A DNA stretch of 25,090 nucleotides from an uncultured Candidatus Saccharibacteria bacterium (GTDB lineage: Bacteria; Patescibacteriota; Minisyncoccia; Minisyncoccales; Staskawiczbacteraceae): contig CAZDIG010000003.1 of assembly GCA_964505465.1 (NCBI GenBank), positions 1-25,090 of the forward strand. The letters run 5' to 3'. Position numbers and translations under genes: made by a program. Below, in pieces: positions 8,209 through 16,946 of the stretch. Below the pieces are notes generated by a model. It did no database searches. It was not told where the DNA came from and saw nothing but the letters and a program-made list of their open reading frames with translations. Position 1 is the first letter of the stretch, and the number at the start of each line of letters is the position of its first letter.

Positions 8209-8640
8209 TTATAAAAAATCGCAGTCGGTGTTCACGTTGTCGCATGAAGATGTCTCTTCAGCGTTCCCTTTGCTATCAACACACCAAGCGGTCATTCCCG
8301 TTCCGGGATTCCATAACCCTGCGCAAGCGGCCCATGCTGCGTCCGCATCGGTACAGTTGACAGCTCCGCCAGTTTTTACCTGGGCGGTTACTGCGGCTAT
8401 AACTCTGGCTCCATCTTCGCTGGCGCAAAAACCGGTATAAACGCTGGCGTTATCGTCATAATAAATTTCTGCTGCTGCCGGCAATGCTGATAGATTTCCC
8501 TTAATAGCAGCATCTTTTGCTTTATTTCTAGCGGACCTAACGTTGATTAAAACTATTGCCGCCAAAATTCCGATAATGGCTATTACCACTAAAAGTTCAA
8601 TTAAGGTGAAACCTTTTGACTTTTTACCAAGAATTTTCAT
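8209..8640 (-). CDS. pilA: Major type IV pilin
   Basis: KSKG|[45 protein letters not shown] and six Cys. It has its own promoter and terminator, as expected for the major subunit. Confidence 0.9.
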   Translation of the reverse strand: MKILGKKSKGFTLIELLVVIAIIGILAAIVLINVRSARNKAKDAAIKGNLSALPAAAEIYYDDNASVYTGFCASEDGARVIAAVTAQVKTGGAVNCTDADAAWAACAGLWNPGTGMTAWCVDSKGNAEETSSCDNVNTDCDFL

Positions 8641-8701
8641 GGTTAAGTTTTTTGATTTAATTTTTAAAGGCCGACCTTTTTAAATATTTAATCTTTATTC
8701 A

Positions 8702-8731
8702 ATTATATTATGTTATTGGAAAATATGTCAA
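8702..8731 (-). promoter_or_regulatory. Consensus sigma70 promoter for pilA
   Basis: TTGACA-N18-TATAAT on the minus strand between the pilC stop and the pilA start. Confidence 0.7.
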
Positions 8732-8744
8732 ATAAATACCCATT

Positions 8745-9953
8745 CTAGATAGTCTGGAGCATTTTGTACAGGGGCATATAAACCGAAAATGCTAATATCG
8801 CCACCACTATACCCAAAAAGATTATCAGGATTGGCTCAATAAGACTCATAAAAGTATCTACACCTCTTTCTATTTCCTTCTGGTAAAAATTTACAATTTC
8901 CATCAGGGTTTTATCTAATTTGCCTGTGCTTTCCCCCACCCTAATCATCTGGGTCACAAAAGGGGGGATAGTGTCTGGATATTTTATTAAAATAGTGCTT
9001 ATTTTTTCTCCCTCTGTTACTCCTTTCTCCACATCGGCAATGATTTTTTTATAAACATTATTTCCTATTATCTCTTTGACAATCGCCAGGGCGCTGGTGA
9101 TGGATAAGCCAGCTCCAATTAAGGTTGAAAGATTTTCGGAAAAACGGGTCAAAAACACTTTTTGCAGGAATCCGCCGACAAGCGGTATCCCTAAAGAAAA
9201 TTTATCATAAATTTTCTTTCCCTTTTTGGTTCTTAAATAGTAAACAATAAAAGCAATCAAACCCAAGAAAGCAGTAATTAAAATCCAGCCAAAGTGCCTC
9301 AAGAATTGATAAAAACCCAACATCACTTTAGTCATAAAAGGAATGTCTCCTCCTGCTTCCTTTAAAACTTCTGTAAAGCCGGGGACCACCCCCACTATTA
9401 TAATCACAATTACTGTGGCAAGAACAAATAAAACCAAAATTGGATAGATCATCGCATTCTTGACTCTGGCCATAATATTATATTCTCTCTCCAAGTGTTC
9501 GCTAAGATAAGAGAGAGATTGAGAAATTTTCCCGGACGCCTCACCAGATTTAAGTAAGTTAGTATAGAAAATGTTAAAAATTTCAGGGTAATAAGAAAAG
9601 GATTCGGAAAGCGCTTTTCCTTCCTCTACTGACTCGGAAATTTTTAGAATCTTTTCTCTAAATTCTGGTCGGGGAGTCTGCGACGCTAAAATCAAAAGAC
9701 TATGAATCACCGGGACCCTGGATTCTAACATAACGCTTAACTGCCGAGAGAATATTGCTAATTCTTTTTGCGAAACCTTTTTGAAAAATTTAGGTTTTTT
9801 AAATAAAAACCTCCGGGTTTTAACTTCTGTTAACGAGGTGGCATACAAATTATATTTTTGTAAAAGATCTGCCGCTGTCTCCCGCGAAGATGCTTCAAGT
9901 TCACCTGTTTGAATTTTCCCTTCTTTGGTTCTTGCTTTATAAAAAAATTTCAT
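8745..9953 (-). CDS. pilC: Type IV pilus inner-membrane platform protein PilC/GspF
   Basis: FSRQLSVMLESRVP, SGEASGKI, MIYP, VGESTGKLD and LIEPILII, with two F domains. Confidence 0.95.
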   Translation of the reverse strand: MKFFYKARTKEGKIQTGELEASSRETAADLLQKYNLYATSLTEVKTRRFLFKKPKFFKKVSQKELAIFSRQLSVMLESRVPVIHSLLILASQTPRPEFREKILKISESVEEGKALSESFSYYPEIFNIFYTNLLKSGEASGKISQSLSYLSEHLEREYNIMARVKNAMIYPILVLFVLATVIVIIIVGVVPGFTEVLKEAGGDIPFMTKVMLGFYQFLRHFGWILITAFLGLIAFIVYYLRTKKGKKIYDKFSLGIPLVGGFLQKVFLTRFSENLSTLIGAGLSITSALAIVKEIIGNNVYKKIIADVEKGVTEGEKISTILIKYPDTIPPFVTQMIRVGESTGKLDKTLMEIVNFYQKEIERGVDTFMSLIEPILIIFLGIVVAILAFSVYMPLYKMLQTI

Positions 9954-9966
9954 CGCTTCGTTGAAC

Positions 9967-10055
9967 GCGATACTAATCTACGAATAACATACCAATTATA
10001 CGAATATTAGTATCATTAGTATGTAAATTAGTATCATTGGTATCGCTATATTATT
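9967..10055 (-). repeat. Palindromic intergenic element, copy A (starts at the pilT stop codon)
   Basis: GCGATAC...GTATCGC termini and units of ATAC(C/T)AAT and their reverse complements. 80/89 identical by hand alignment to copy B at 23401-23543. Confidence 0.8.
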
Positions 10056-11118
10056 TTAGTAAATTTTTAAGCTCGGCTGGATTTACCGAATAATTAAGCG
10101 CGTCTTTCAGGGAAATTTCTTTTCTTCTAACAAGGTCAACTAAACGCCTATTTAGAGAGATCATTCCCTCTTTGGCCGATGTTTCAATTACTGTTGGAAT
10201 TTCGTGAATTTTGTTTTCCCTAATTAAAGTGGCTATTGCTAAATTGGCGGTCATTACTTCGCAGGCCGGGATAAACCCGCCTTGAATTCTCGGAATTAAT
10301 CTTTGGGAAACTATGCCTAAAAGCGAATCCGCTAATTGAAATCTAATTTGGTTTTGCTGGTCTGAAGGAAAAACATCCACAACACGGTGGATTGTCTGAG
10401 GAGCGGAGTTTGTGTGCAAAGTGGCAAACACCAAATGGCCGGTTTCGGCGGCGGTGATAGTGGTGGAAATTGTTTCCAGGTCGCGCATTTCTCCCACCAT
10501 AATTACATCGGGATCTTGGCGGAAAATAGATTTTAAAGCCCGAGAGAAACTAAGGGTGTCTTGGTAAACCTCTCTTTGGTCAACAATCGCCCGGTCATCT
10601 TCAAAAATATACTCAATCGGATCTTCAATAGTAATTATATGCACTGGCTGGGTATGATTTACTTCATCCACTAAAGCGGCCAAAGTGGTGGATTTCCCTT
10701 GACTGGAGGCTCCCGTCACTAAAACCAGCCCCTGGTTATGTCTGGTAAAATCGTGCAAAACCGCAGGAAGATTTAATTCTTCAATAGTTTTAATTTTGTT
10801 TGGAATAAGACGAAAAGCCATACTTATGCTACCTTTTTGAAAAAAAGTATTCACTCGGAATCTTGCTTTCCCCTCAAAATCATAGGAAAAGTCAATTTCT
10901 TTTTCATCAAAAAATCTCTTACGCTGGAAATCCGACATCAAGGCAGAAGCGAAACCTTCTGCGTCCTCCGGCGAAATTATTTTTTCTTTAACTAAAGGTA
11001 TCAAATTTCCAGTGATTCTGAAGGTAGGAGCGTGGCCAACTGAAAGATGAAGATCTGATGCTTCTTCCTGGATAACTAAAGATAAAAGTTGTTTTAATTT
11101 TTCAGAATAATTGGTCAT
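10051..11118 (-). CDS. pilT: Type IV pilus retraction ATPase
   Basis: Walker A GASSQGKSTT, TIEDPIEY, RQDPDVIMVGEMRDLET, TGHLVFATLHTN and AIATLIRE (AIRNLIRE-like). Confidence 0.95.
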   Translation of the reverse strand: MTNYSEKLKQLLSLVIQEEASDLHLSVGHAPTFRITGNLIPLVKEKIISPEDAEGFASALMSDFQRKRFFDEKEIDFSYDFEGKARFRVNTFFQKGSISMAFRLIPNKIKTIEELNLPAVLHDFTRHNQGLVLVTGASSQGKSTTLAALVDEVNHTQPVHIITIEDPIEYIFEDDRAIVDQREVYQDTLSFSRALKSIFRQDPDVIMVGEMRDLETISTTITAAETGHLVFATLHTNSAPQTIHRVVDVFPSDQQNQIRFQLADSLLGIVSQRLIPRIQGGFIPACEVMTANLAIATLIRENKIHEIPTVIETSAKEGMISLNRRLVDLVRRKEISLKDALNYSVNPAELKNLLK

Positions 11119-11143
11119 AGAGTTACCCTTAATAAGTAAAGAA

Positions 11144-11509
11144 TTATTCCAACATCTTTTTTATTTCTTCTACCACTTCGGTGGGGGTATATTCCGCTTT
11201 GACAAAGTATTTCACCGCACCCAGCTCAAAACCCGTCTCCACTTCTTCTTTCTGCCCGAGATTTGAAAGAATAATCACTTTCAGATTCTTAAATTTTGGA
11301 TTCTCTTTGATTCTTTTTAAAACTTCCCAGCCGTCCAGTTTGGGCAGAATAATGTCTAAAACCGCTAGGTCAAATTTTCCTTTTTTAAGCTTATCTAAAG
11401 CGATCTCCCCGTCGGGAGCCACTTCAATATTATAACCCTCGCCCTTTAATCTGGTGACATAAATATCTATTAGAAACGGGTCGTCTTCTATTAATAATAT
11501 AGATCTCAT
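11144..11509 (-). CDS. Single-domain response regulator (receiver only)
   Basis: IEDD acidic pair, phospho-acceptor LDIILP, SNL and YFVK. No output domain. Confidence 0.92.
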   Translation of the reverse strand: MRSILLIEDDPFLIDIYVTRLKGEGYNIEVAPDGEIALDKLKKGKFDLAVLDIILPKLDGWEVLKRIKENPKFKNLKVIILSNLGQKEEVETGFELGAVKYFVKAEYTPTEVVEEIKKMLE

Positions 11510-11552
11510 ATTTTTTTACGAAATTACGAATAATTAGCAAGTGGCAGGTATT

Positions 11553-13286
11553 CTACTTTTCTTCAGCCGTGCTTATGACTTCCTCAATAGTCGTTTCTCC
11601 GTCCAGAGCTTTTAAGACGCCGTCCTGGAGCATCGTTAACATCCCTTGATTTCTCGCTTCTTCCATAATCGCGGCTTCGGTGGGTTCTTTTAAAATTATT
11701 TCGGTTAAGTTCTCGGTTACAGATAAGACTTCAAATAGTCCGCTCCTGCCAGTAAACCCTTTAAAGTTGCATTTTTCGCATCCCTGGGGTTCATAGATAT
11801 AAATTGTTTTGGGAATCTTGGCTTCATTTTTAACAAGCGGGGGAAGTTTGTCTATTTTTTCTAAAATATAATCTAGAATTTTTTGTTCGGGTTTAACCTT
11901 CTTTTTGCAATAAGGGCAAAGATTTCTTACGAGTCTCTGGGCGATAGCAATATTTAAAGCGGCTGGGATTAAAAACGGCTTTACCCCCATATCAATGAAT
12001 CTTGGAATCACGCCGATAGAGTTGTTGGTGTGCAGTGTGGATAGCACCGTATGACCGGTAAGAGCGGCGTGGATAACCAAGCTTGCCGTTTCTTCGTCGC
12101 GCACCTCCCCCACCATAATAATATCGGGGTCTTGTCTTAAGATATGGCGGAGCCCCTGGGCAAAACCATAACCAATTTCTGGTTTTACCTGTGACTGGTT
12201 AATCCCCTCAATAGAATATTCAACCGGATCCTCAATAGTAATAATATTTACGCCTTCTTTATTCAAGGTGCGCAAAAGGGCGTAAAGAGTGGTGGTTTTA
12301 CCAGAACCAGTGGGGCCCGTCGCAAGAATCATTCCGTAGGGCTTTTTCAACGCCCCCTCCGCAATCTTTAAGCTTCGTCCCCTAAGGCCTAATTGTGTAT
12401 AAGATTTAACGCCCACCCCGGGATCCAAAACCCTGATTGCCGCTTTTTCGCCGTAAAGCGTCGGGAGAGTGGAGACTCTAAAATCAATTTCCTTGGTGTC
12501 AACTCTTGAGGAGAACCTGCCATCTTGAGGAATCCTGGTCTCGTCAATTTTTAAATTTGAAAGAATTTTTATTCTCGCAATAATAGCCGGATGCACCCTC
12601 AAAGGCAAAAATAGGCTGGCATATAAAATACCGTCTAATCTGAAACGAACTTTCAATCTGTCTTTTTGGGGTTCAATATGAATATCCGAAGCTCTTCCTT
12701 CAATTGCGTGCCTTAGGATAACCGAAACCATTTTAATGATTGGCGCTTCCTCGGCTATTTCTTTGGTTATCGTTCTATCTTCTTCTATTATCAAATCAGG
12801 AGTAGGGCCCCCACCTCTTTCTTTTTCCAGGGCATCTAGGGCTTTTTCCGCCTCCTTTCTCAAAGTCCGATGTTGTTTTAAGAGATTATTGAAATCAGAA
12901 GGGACGATTAAAGAAATTTTGGTTTTAAACTTCCCCTGCCGGCTTAAAAATCTTAAGGCTTCCTGGGAGCGGACGTCCTCGGGATAAACCATTCCCACTT
13001 CAACAATATTATCTTTTTTGGCAATCGGTATCATTTTATAATAAACCGCCGGTTCTTCAGGGATTAATTCCAGAACTTCCAGCGGTACCTCCTCCGGAGT
13101 TATTTTTTTGAGAGGGATTTTTAAGCCTTTGCTTTTTAGCTTAAAAAGGTGTTCTTCTGGAACGATCCCTTTTTCTAAGATTATTTCCTCTTCTGTTTTG
13201 CCAACTCTTTTTGCTTCAAATTCCAAAGCTGTCGCCTTGGTTTGGTCTATTATTTTTTCTTCAACTAATTGTTTAATTAAACTCAT
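11553..13286 (-). CDS. pilB: Type IV pilus assembly ATPase PilB/GspE
   Basis: ASDIHIEP, GPTGSGKTT, TIEDPVEY, RQDPDIIMVGEVRD, TGHTVLSTLHTN and the CPYC...CEKC zinc motif. Confidence 0.95.
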   Translation of the reverse strand: MSLIKQLVEEKIIDQTKATALEFEAKRVGKTEEEIILEKGIVPEEHLFKLKSKGLKIPLKKITPEEVPLEVLELIPEEPAVYYKMIPIAKKDNIVEVGMVYPEDVRSQEALRFLSRQGKFKTKISLIVPSDFNNLLKQHRTLRKEAEKALDALEKERGGGPTPDLIIEEDRTITKEIAEEAPIIKMVSVILRHAIEGRASDIHIEPQKDRLKVRFRLDGILYASLFLPLRVHPAIIARIKILSNLKIDETRIPQDGRFSSRVDTKEIDFRVSTLPTLYGEKAAIRVLDPGVGVKSYTQLGLRGRSLKIAEGALKKPYGMILATGPTGSGKTTTLYALLRTLNKEGVNIITIEDPVEYSIEGINQSQVKPEIGYGFAQGLRHILRQDPDIIMVGEVRDEETASLVIHAALTGHTVLSTLHTNNSIGVIPRFIDMGVKPFLIPAALNIAIAQRLVRNLCPYCKKKVKPEQKILDYILEKIDKLPPLVKNEAKIPKTIYIYEPQGCEKCNFKGFTGRSGLFEVLSVTENLTEIILKEPTEAAIMEEARNQGMLTMLQDGVLKALDGETTIEEVISTAEEK

Positions 13287-13304
13287 TTTTAAATTTACTA
13301 AGAC

Positions 13305-13736
13305 TTACTTTTTAGGCTGTTCAATTGGTTTTAGTTCGGGCTTTTCATAAGGGATGAAGGGGTTTTCTCGTCCCACCGGGGCGGCCTCAACCCTAATTTC
13401 AGAAAGGCCTAGTGCTTTTAAATATTCAACAACTTCCTCGCTGGAAGCAGCCAAAATTTTTCCTGTCTGGATTTGCCCTTCCGTTGTTTTACCTTCATAG
13501 ATAAATTCTCTTTTTATCTCTTCAAAAGCCTGAAGAGCTTTGATTTTTTCAGAATCTAAGAGTTCAAAATTGATACTGATTTTAGGGGCATGGAATGCCT
13601 GCTCCACTGGGATAGTTTTTGGTTTCATTAAGAAAACTAATAGGGCGATAATAAGCAAAATCGCAGAGACCGATCCGACGATGGTTAAAATTATTATCTT
13701 TTGCCTTTTTTTAGGAGAGATAAAGACAATTGCCAT
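13305..13736 (-). CDS. Bitopic membrane protein in the PilP position
   Basis: Basic N-terminus, one TM helix and C-terminal GRENPFIPY (reminiscent of the PilP R-D-P-F motif). Lies between pilO and pilB. Confidence 0.7.
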   Translation of the reverse strand: MAIVFISPKKRQKIIILTIVGSVSAILLIIALLVFLMKPKTIPVEQAFHAPKISINFELLDSEKIKALQAFEEIKREFIYEGKTTEGQIQTGKILAASSEEVVEYLKALGLSEIRVEAAPVGRENPFIPYEKPELKPIEQPKK

Positions 13737-13739
13737 AAT

Positions 13740-14267
13740 TTAGTAAGAATAAACTTTTACTGTTACGTTAAACTCAAAAGTCTCCTCAAATTCTTTCCGC
13801 GCAACGAAAGAAACGTCTTCCACTTCAATTAAACGAGCTGATTTTTCCAGAGACATTAAGAAATTCTTAAAAGCAGGATAAGGCCCCACCACCCCGAAAG
13901 AAAAATTAGTTTCCTTTATCCGGCTACCTTCTTTAATCGGGGAGATTTTAAGAAGATTGGCTTTTAAGAATATTAAGCCGTTTTCCAAACTTTTTTTCTG
14001 CAGGAAATAAACTAAAGAATGCAAGGCGGGGGAAGATGGCAGGGCGCTGTCAATTTTTTTAAGGATTTCTTCTTTTTGTTTTAACTTTTCGTAGGTGCTG
14101 GCAATATCCGAAAAGTAAGCCGACCTCCCTCTGTATTCGGCCTCCTTTTTGCTAAGTTTTATCTGGAACTCTTCAAATTCCTGATATTTTGGCACAACCA
14201 AATAGAATGCTACAAATAAAATCACGAATAGAATTACAGCAATAGCAATTGGACGATCTACTTCCAT
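13740..14267 (-). CDS. pilO: Type IV pilus alignment protein PilO
   Basis: N-terminal TM, coiled coil, ALP, and GPYPAFKNFLMSLEKSARLIEVEDV. Confidence 0.85.
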   Translation of the reverse strand: MEVDRPIAIAVILFVILFVAFYLVVPKYQEFEEFQIKLSKKEAEYRGRSAYFSDIASTYEKLKQKEEILKKIDSALPSSPALHSLVYFLQKKSLENGLIFLKANLLKISPIKEGSRIKETNFSFGVVGPYPAFKNFLMSLEKSARLIEVEDVSFVARKEFEETFEFNVTVKVYSY

Positions 14268-14791
14268 TGGAATATTTGCGGATTAAGGGAAAAGATTACA
14301 GAAAAAGTAATCTTACCCCCTTCTCCTAAACTAAAAAGGAATAATTTTGTATCTTGAATAAATTGGCTTTCCTGAAAAAGATAGGCTTGTTGGGCCAACA
14401 TTTGCGCGTCTTCGGTTTTTCCGCTCAGCCGAATTTTTGATTCGCCTTTATTTAACTTTACCTCGGTAAACCTAACCTTTGGCAAGGTGGTCTGCTCAAG
14501 AAAGGTGAAAAAGTTTGATGGGATTGCATGATTATTGAGAAGGGTTGTAAAATCGTTAATTTTTTCTTGATATTCAAACACTTTTTTCTCCAAAGCCAGC
14601 TGGTCTTTTGTTCCGGTTTTGGAAATAAGCTCCTGTAATTGTTTGAGTTTTTGCTCTTGAAAAGAAATCTTTATGCTAAAAATGAAGTAGCAGATAATAG
14701 CGGCTAGAAGGATAGCCAAAGAGAAATACATTATTGCGTCCAACCACCAAACTTTTTTATTTTTTAACTGATAGATAAGGGCGAAAGCCAT
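14258..14791 (-). CDS. pilN: Type IV pilus alignment protein PilN-like
   Basis: TM, coiled coil, then a ferredoxin-like core (LEQTTLPKVRFTEV, IRLSGKT). Lies between pilM and pilO and its stop overlaps the pilO start. Confidence 0.72.
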   Translation of the reverse strand: MAFALIYQLKNKKVWWLDAIMYFSLAILLAAIICYFIFSIKISFQEQKLKQLQELISKTGTKDQLALEKKVFEYQEKINDFTTLLNNHAIPSNFFTFLEQTTLPKVRFTEVKLNKGESKIRLSGKTEDAQMLAQQAYLFQESQFIQDTKLFLFSLGEGGKITFSVIFSLNPQIFQWK

Positions 14792-14823
14792 ATATGGATT
14801 ATTTCAATTTGATTGATTACTCT

Positions 14824-14851
14824 ATTATATAATATCTAACTATTTAAACAA
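14824..14851 (-). promoter_or_regulatory. Putative internal promoter upstream of pilN
   Basis: TTGTTT-N16-TATAAT on the minus strand in the pilM-pilN gap. Confidence 0.4.
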
Positions 14852-14863
14852 ATAGAGCAAATA

Positions 14864-15940
14864 TTACTGACCTAATCCCCCTAATGCCGTTCCGACCGCC
14901 ACCGTAAAACGGGGCCCCATCTCTTTCAGGGTTTCGGCCAGAATAGGAGGGTAAAGCAGGTCGGAAAAAGGATTCGGGGTTTCCACTTTTATTTTTAGAT
15001 TTTCTGAAAAATATTCCCTCAGGCCCTTTAAATTAGCCGTCCCCCCCGTTAAATAAATCTCTTCAATATCCTTATTTTCGCTTTGACTGAATTCGCTAGC
15101 GATATTTTTTATTTCTATCAAAAGGGGGTCAATTAAAAGTTGTAGGACTTTAGTGATATCTTTTTCCGAATCCGATGCCATTATTCCGTATTTGCATTTT
15201 ATTTCTTCGGCTTCTGTCTCATCAATACTTAAAGCGGTGGAAACGGCATGAGTTAACTGACTGCTGGAGAAATCAAAACTATAACTCTTTTTTAAAACTC
15301 CTTTATCAATTATGCTGGCGGTTGTGCTTTGAACGCCCAGATCAATCAAACACGCCACTTTTTTATTTTCTTTAATTGAGGACCTCACTATTCCTAACAC
15401 CTCAGCTTCTAAAGCATAAAGTTCCAACCCTGCCATTTGAGCAACTCTTTGGTACTCCGCCACCACGTCGTTGGGGACAGCGATTAATAATATCTTAAGG
15501 GTGGATTTCTTGTCGCCCGGCGTTCCTCTTATTATCCGCCAATCAAGAGTAGTTTCGCCGATGGGAAGAGGGGTATACTGCGGAGCCGTGTAACGGACGG
15601 CTTGAGGAATTTCATCTTCTGACATCGGAGGAAGTTCAAAGGAAGTAAAAAAAGTGGAAAAATCAGGAATGGAAAAAATCGCGGCTTTAGTTTTAATCCG
15701 CGCCTCTTCTAAAATTGCCCGGATAGCCCTTGAAACAAAAGCGCTGGAAACTAAATGGGTGGATTTTTCAAACGTCCTGAAAGACTCCTTAAAAAGCGCG
15801 GCGGCTTTGATTTCGCCGTAGTTTTCCAAAGTTCTTCCGCCGCCCCAGCGGGAAATTTCAACAACTTTAATGGATGATGTTCCAGTGTCTATTCCCAAAA
15901 ATTTTTTGGGGAAAAGGAATTTAAAAGGGTTAAGCGCCAT
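14864..15940 (-). CDS. pilM: Type IV pilus assembly protein PilM (actin/FtsA fold)
   Basis: LGIDTGTSSIKVVE, IDLGVQST, YLTGGTANL and AVGTALGG. Confidence 0.93.
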   Translation of the reverse strand: MALNPFKFLFPKKFLGIDTGTSSIKVVEISRWGGGRTLENYGEIKAAALFKESFRTFEKSTHLVSSAFVSRAIRAILEEARIKTKAAIFSIPDFSTFFTSFELPPMSEDEIPQAVRYTAPQYTPLPIGETTLDWRIIRGTPGDKKSTLKILLIAVPNDVVAEYQRVAQMAGLELYALEAEVLGIVRSSIKENKKVACLIDLGVQSTTASIIDKGVLKKSYSFDFSSSQLTHAVSTALSIDETEAEEIKCKYGIMASDSEKDITKVLQLLIDPLLIEIKNIASEFSQSENKDIEEIYLTGGTANLKGLREYFSENLKIKVETPNPFSDLLYPPILAETLKEMGPRFTVAVGTALGGLGQ

Positions 15941-15951
15941 TTTTAAAACTT

Positions 15952-15979
15952 TTGCTTCTAATATTATTTTTATTATAAT
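15952..15979 (+). promoter_or_regulatory. Putative comF promoter; its -10 lies in the palindrome ATTATAAT, which could also serve pilM
   Basis: TTGCTT-N16-TATAAT in the 66-bp divergent gap. Confidence 0.5.
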
Positions 15980-16006
15980 CTAAATAAACCAATAAAGGAA
16001 TATGAC

Positions 16007-16738
16007 ATGCAAAAATATAGCGGCCAGAAAATAAAAGATTTTTTAGTAGATCTTCTGTTCCCAAAGTTTTGTTTGGGTTGCAACATTGAAGGAACTTATC
16101 TTTGCGAAGACTGCAAGGCAGCGCTTGATATCCTTCAATTTTCTTATTGTCTCTGCAATAAAAATCCCCTGCGTCTTCCGGAAGCCGGAAAATGCGGAAA
16201 ATGTCGCTCTAAAAAACTTTCCGGCCTTTTTTATGCTCTTTCCTATCAGGAGAATCCGCTAACTAAAAAACTAATCCATCAGTTCAAATACCCGCCTTAC
16301 ATTAAAGAATTAGCCAGACCGCTTTCTGAATTAATAATAGAACATTTTTCTTTGTTAAACAAAGGGTGGCAAAAAGTTTTGGAGAACGCCGTTTTAATTC
16401 CCGTTCCTTTAGATAAGAAAAAGATGAAAAGAAGAGGCTTTAACCAAGTTGAAGAAATTGCCCGGAATCTTTCAAAAATTTTAAAAATTCCTTTGATTTC
16501 AAATAATCTAATTAAGATAAAGAAAACACTGCCGCAGGTTGAACTCTCGGAAAAAGAAAGAGAAGAAAACATAAAGAATGCGTTTCTTTGCAGAAATCCT
16601 GAGGAAATAAAGAAGAAAAAAATTTTATTAATTGACGATGTCTATACTACCGGCTCCACAATGGAAGAATGCGCAAGGGTTTTAAAAACAGCCGGCGTAA
16701 AAGAAGTATGGGGAGTGGCCGTGACCCGCGAAGGTTGA
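16007..16738 (+). CDS. comF: ComF family competence protein (zinc ribbon + PRTase domain)
   Basis: LLFPKFCLGC...CEDC, CGKC, IPVPL, RGFNQ, QVELSEKEREENIKNAF and LLIDDVYTTGSTMEECARVL. Confidence 0.93.
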   Translation: MQKYSGQKIKDFLVDLLFPKFCLGCNIEGTYLCEDCKAALDILQFSYCLCNKNPLRLPEAGKCGKCRSKKLSGLFYALSYQENPLTKKLIHQFKYPPYIKELARPLSELIIEHFSLLNKGWQKVLENAVLIPVPLDKKKMKRRGFNQVEEIARNLSKILKIPLISNNLIKIKKTLPQVELSEKEREENIKNAFLCRNPEEIKKKKILLIDDVYTTGSTMEECARVLKTAGVKEVWGVAVTREG

Positions 16739-16740
16739 AA

Positions 16741-16768
16741 TTGACTTAATCCTTTTTATTTGTAAAAT
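16741..16768 (+). promoter_or_regulatory. Putative promoter for tRNA-Ser(GCT)
   Basis: TTGACT-N16-TAAAAT, 20 nt before the tRNA. Confidence 0.5.
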
Positions 16769-16788
16769 ATAAGGGTAAAATAAAAAAT

Positions 16789-16878
16789 GGAGGAGTGGCC
16801 CAATGGCACGGCAGGAGATTGCTAATCTCCGAGGGTGTAAAAAGCCCTCTGTGGGTTCGAGTCCCACCTCCTCCGCCA
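16789..16878 (+). tRNA. tRNA-Ser(GCT), CCA encoded
   Basis: Acceptor GGAGGAG/CTCCTCC, anticodon arm GGAGA-TTGCTAA-TCTCC, long variable arm, T arm GTGGG-TTCGAGT-CCCAC, G73-CCA. Confidence 0.93.
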
Positions 16879-16918
16879 GCAACATTTTTTATCGAGGACC
16901 GAGACACTTTGAATAAAT

Positions 16919-16946
16919 AAAAATCGCCCTTTTTGGGCGATTTTTT
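16919..16946 (+). terminator. Intrinsic terminator after tRNA-Ser(GCT)
   Basis: AAAAATCGCCC-TTTTT-GGGCGATTTTTT. Confidence 0.8.

Noticed and set aside
13140-13286. c-di-GMP-binding MshEN motif at the PilB N-terminus
   Set aside because: The RLGxxL/GLI consensus residues are not present, although the region is positionally equivalent.
15043-15052. Further copies of the nitroreductase palindromic element (CCCCGTT in pilM, and near 3380 in the LamG region)
   Set aside because: There is no partner arm, and the bases encode conserved protein motifs (YLTGGT) or ordinary sequence.
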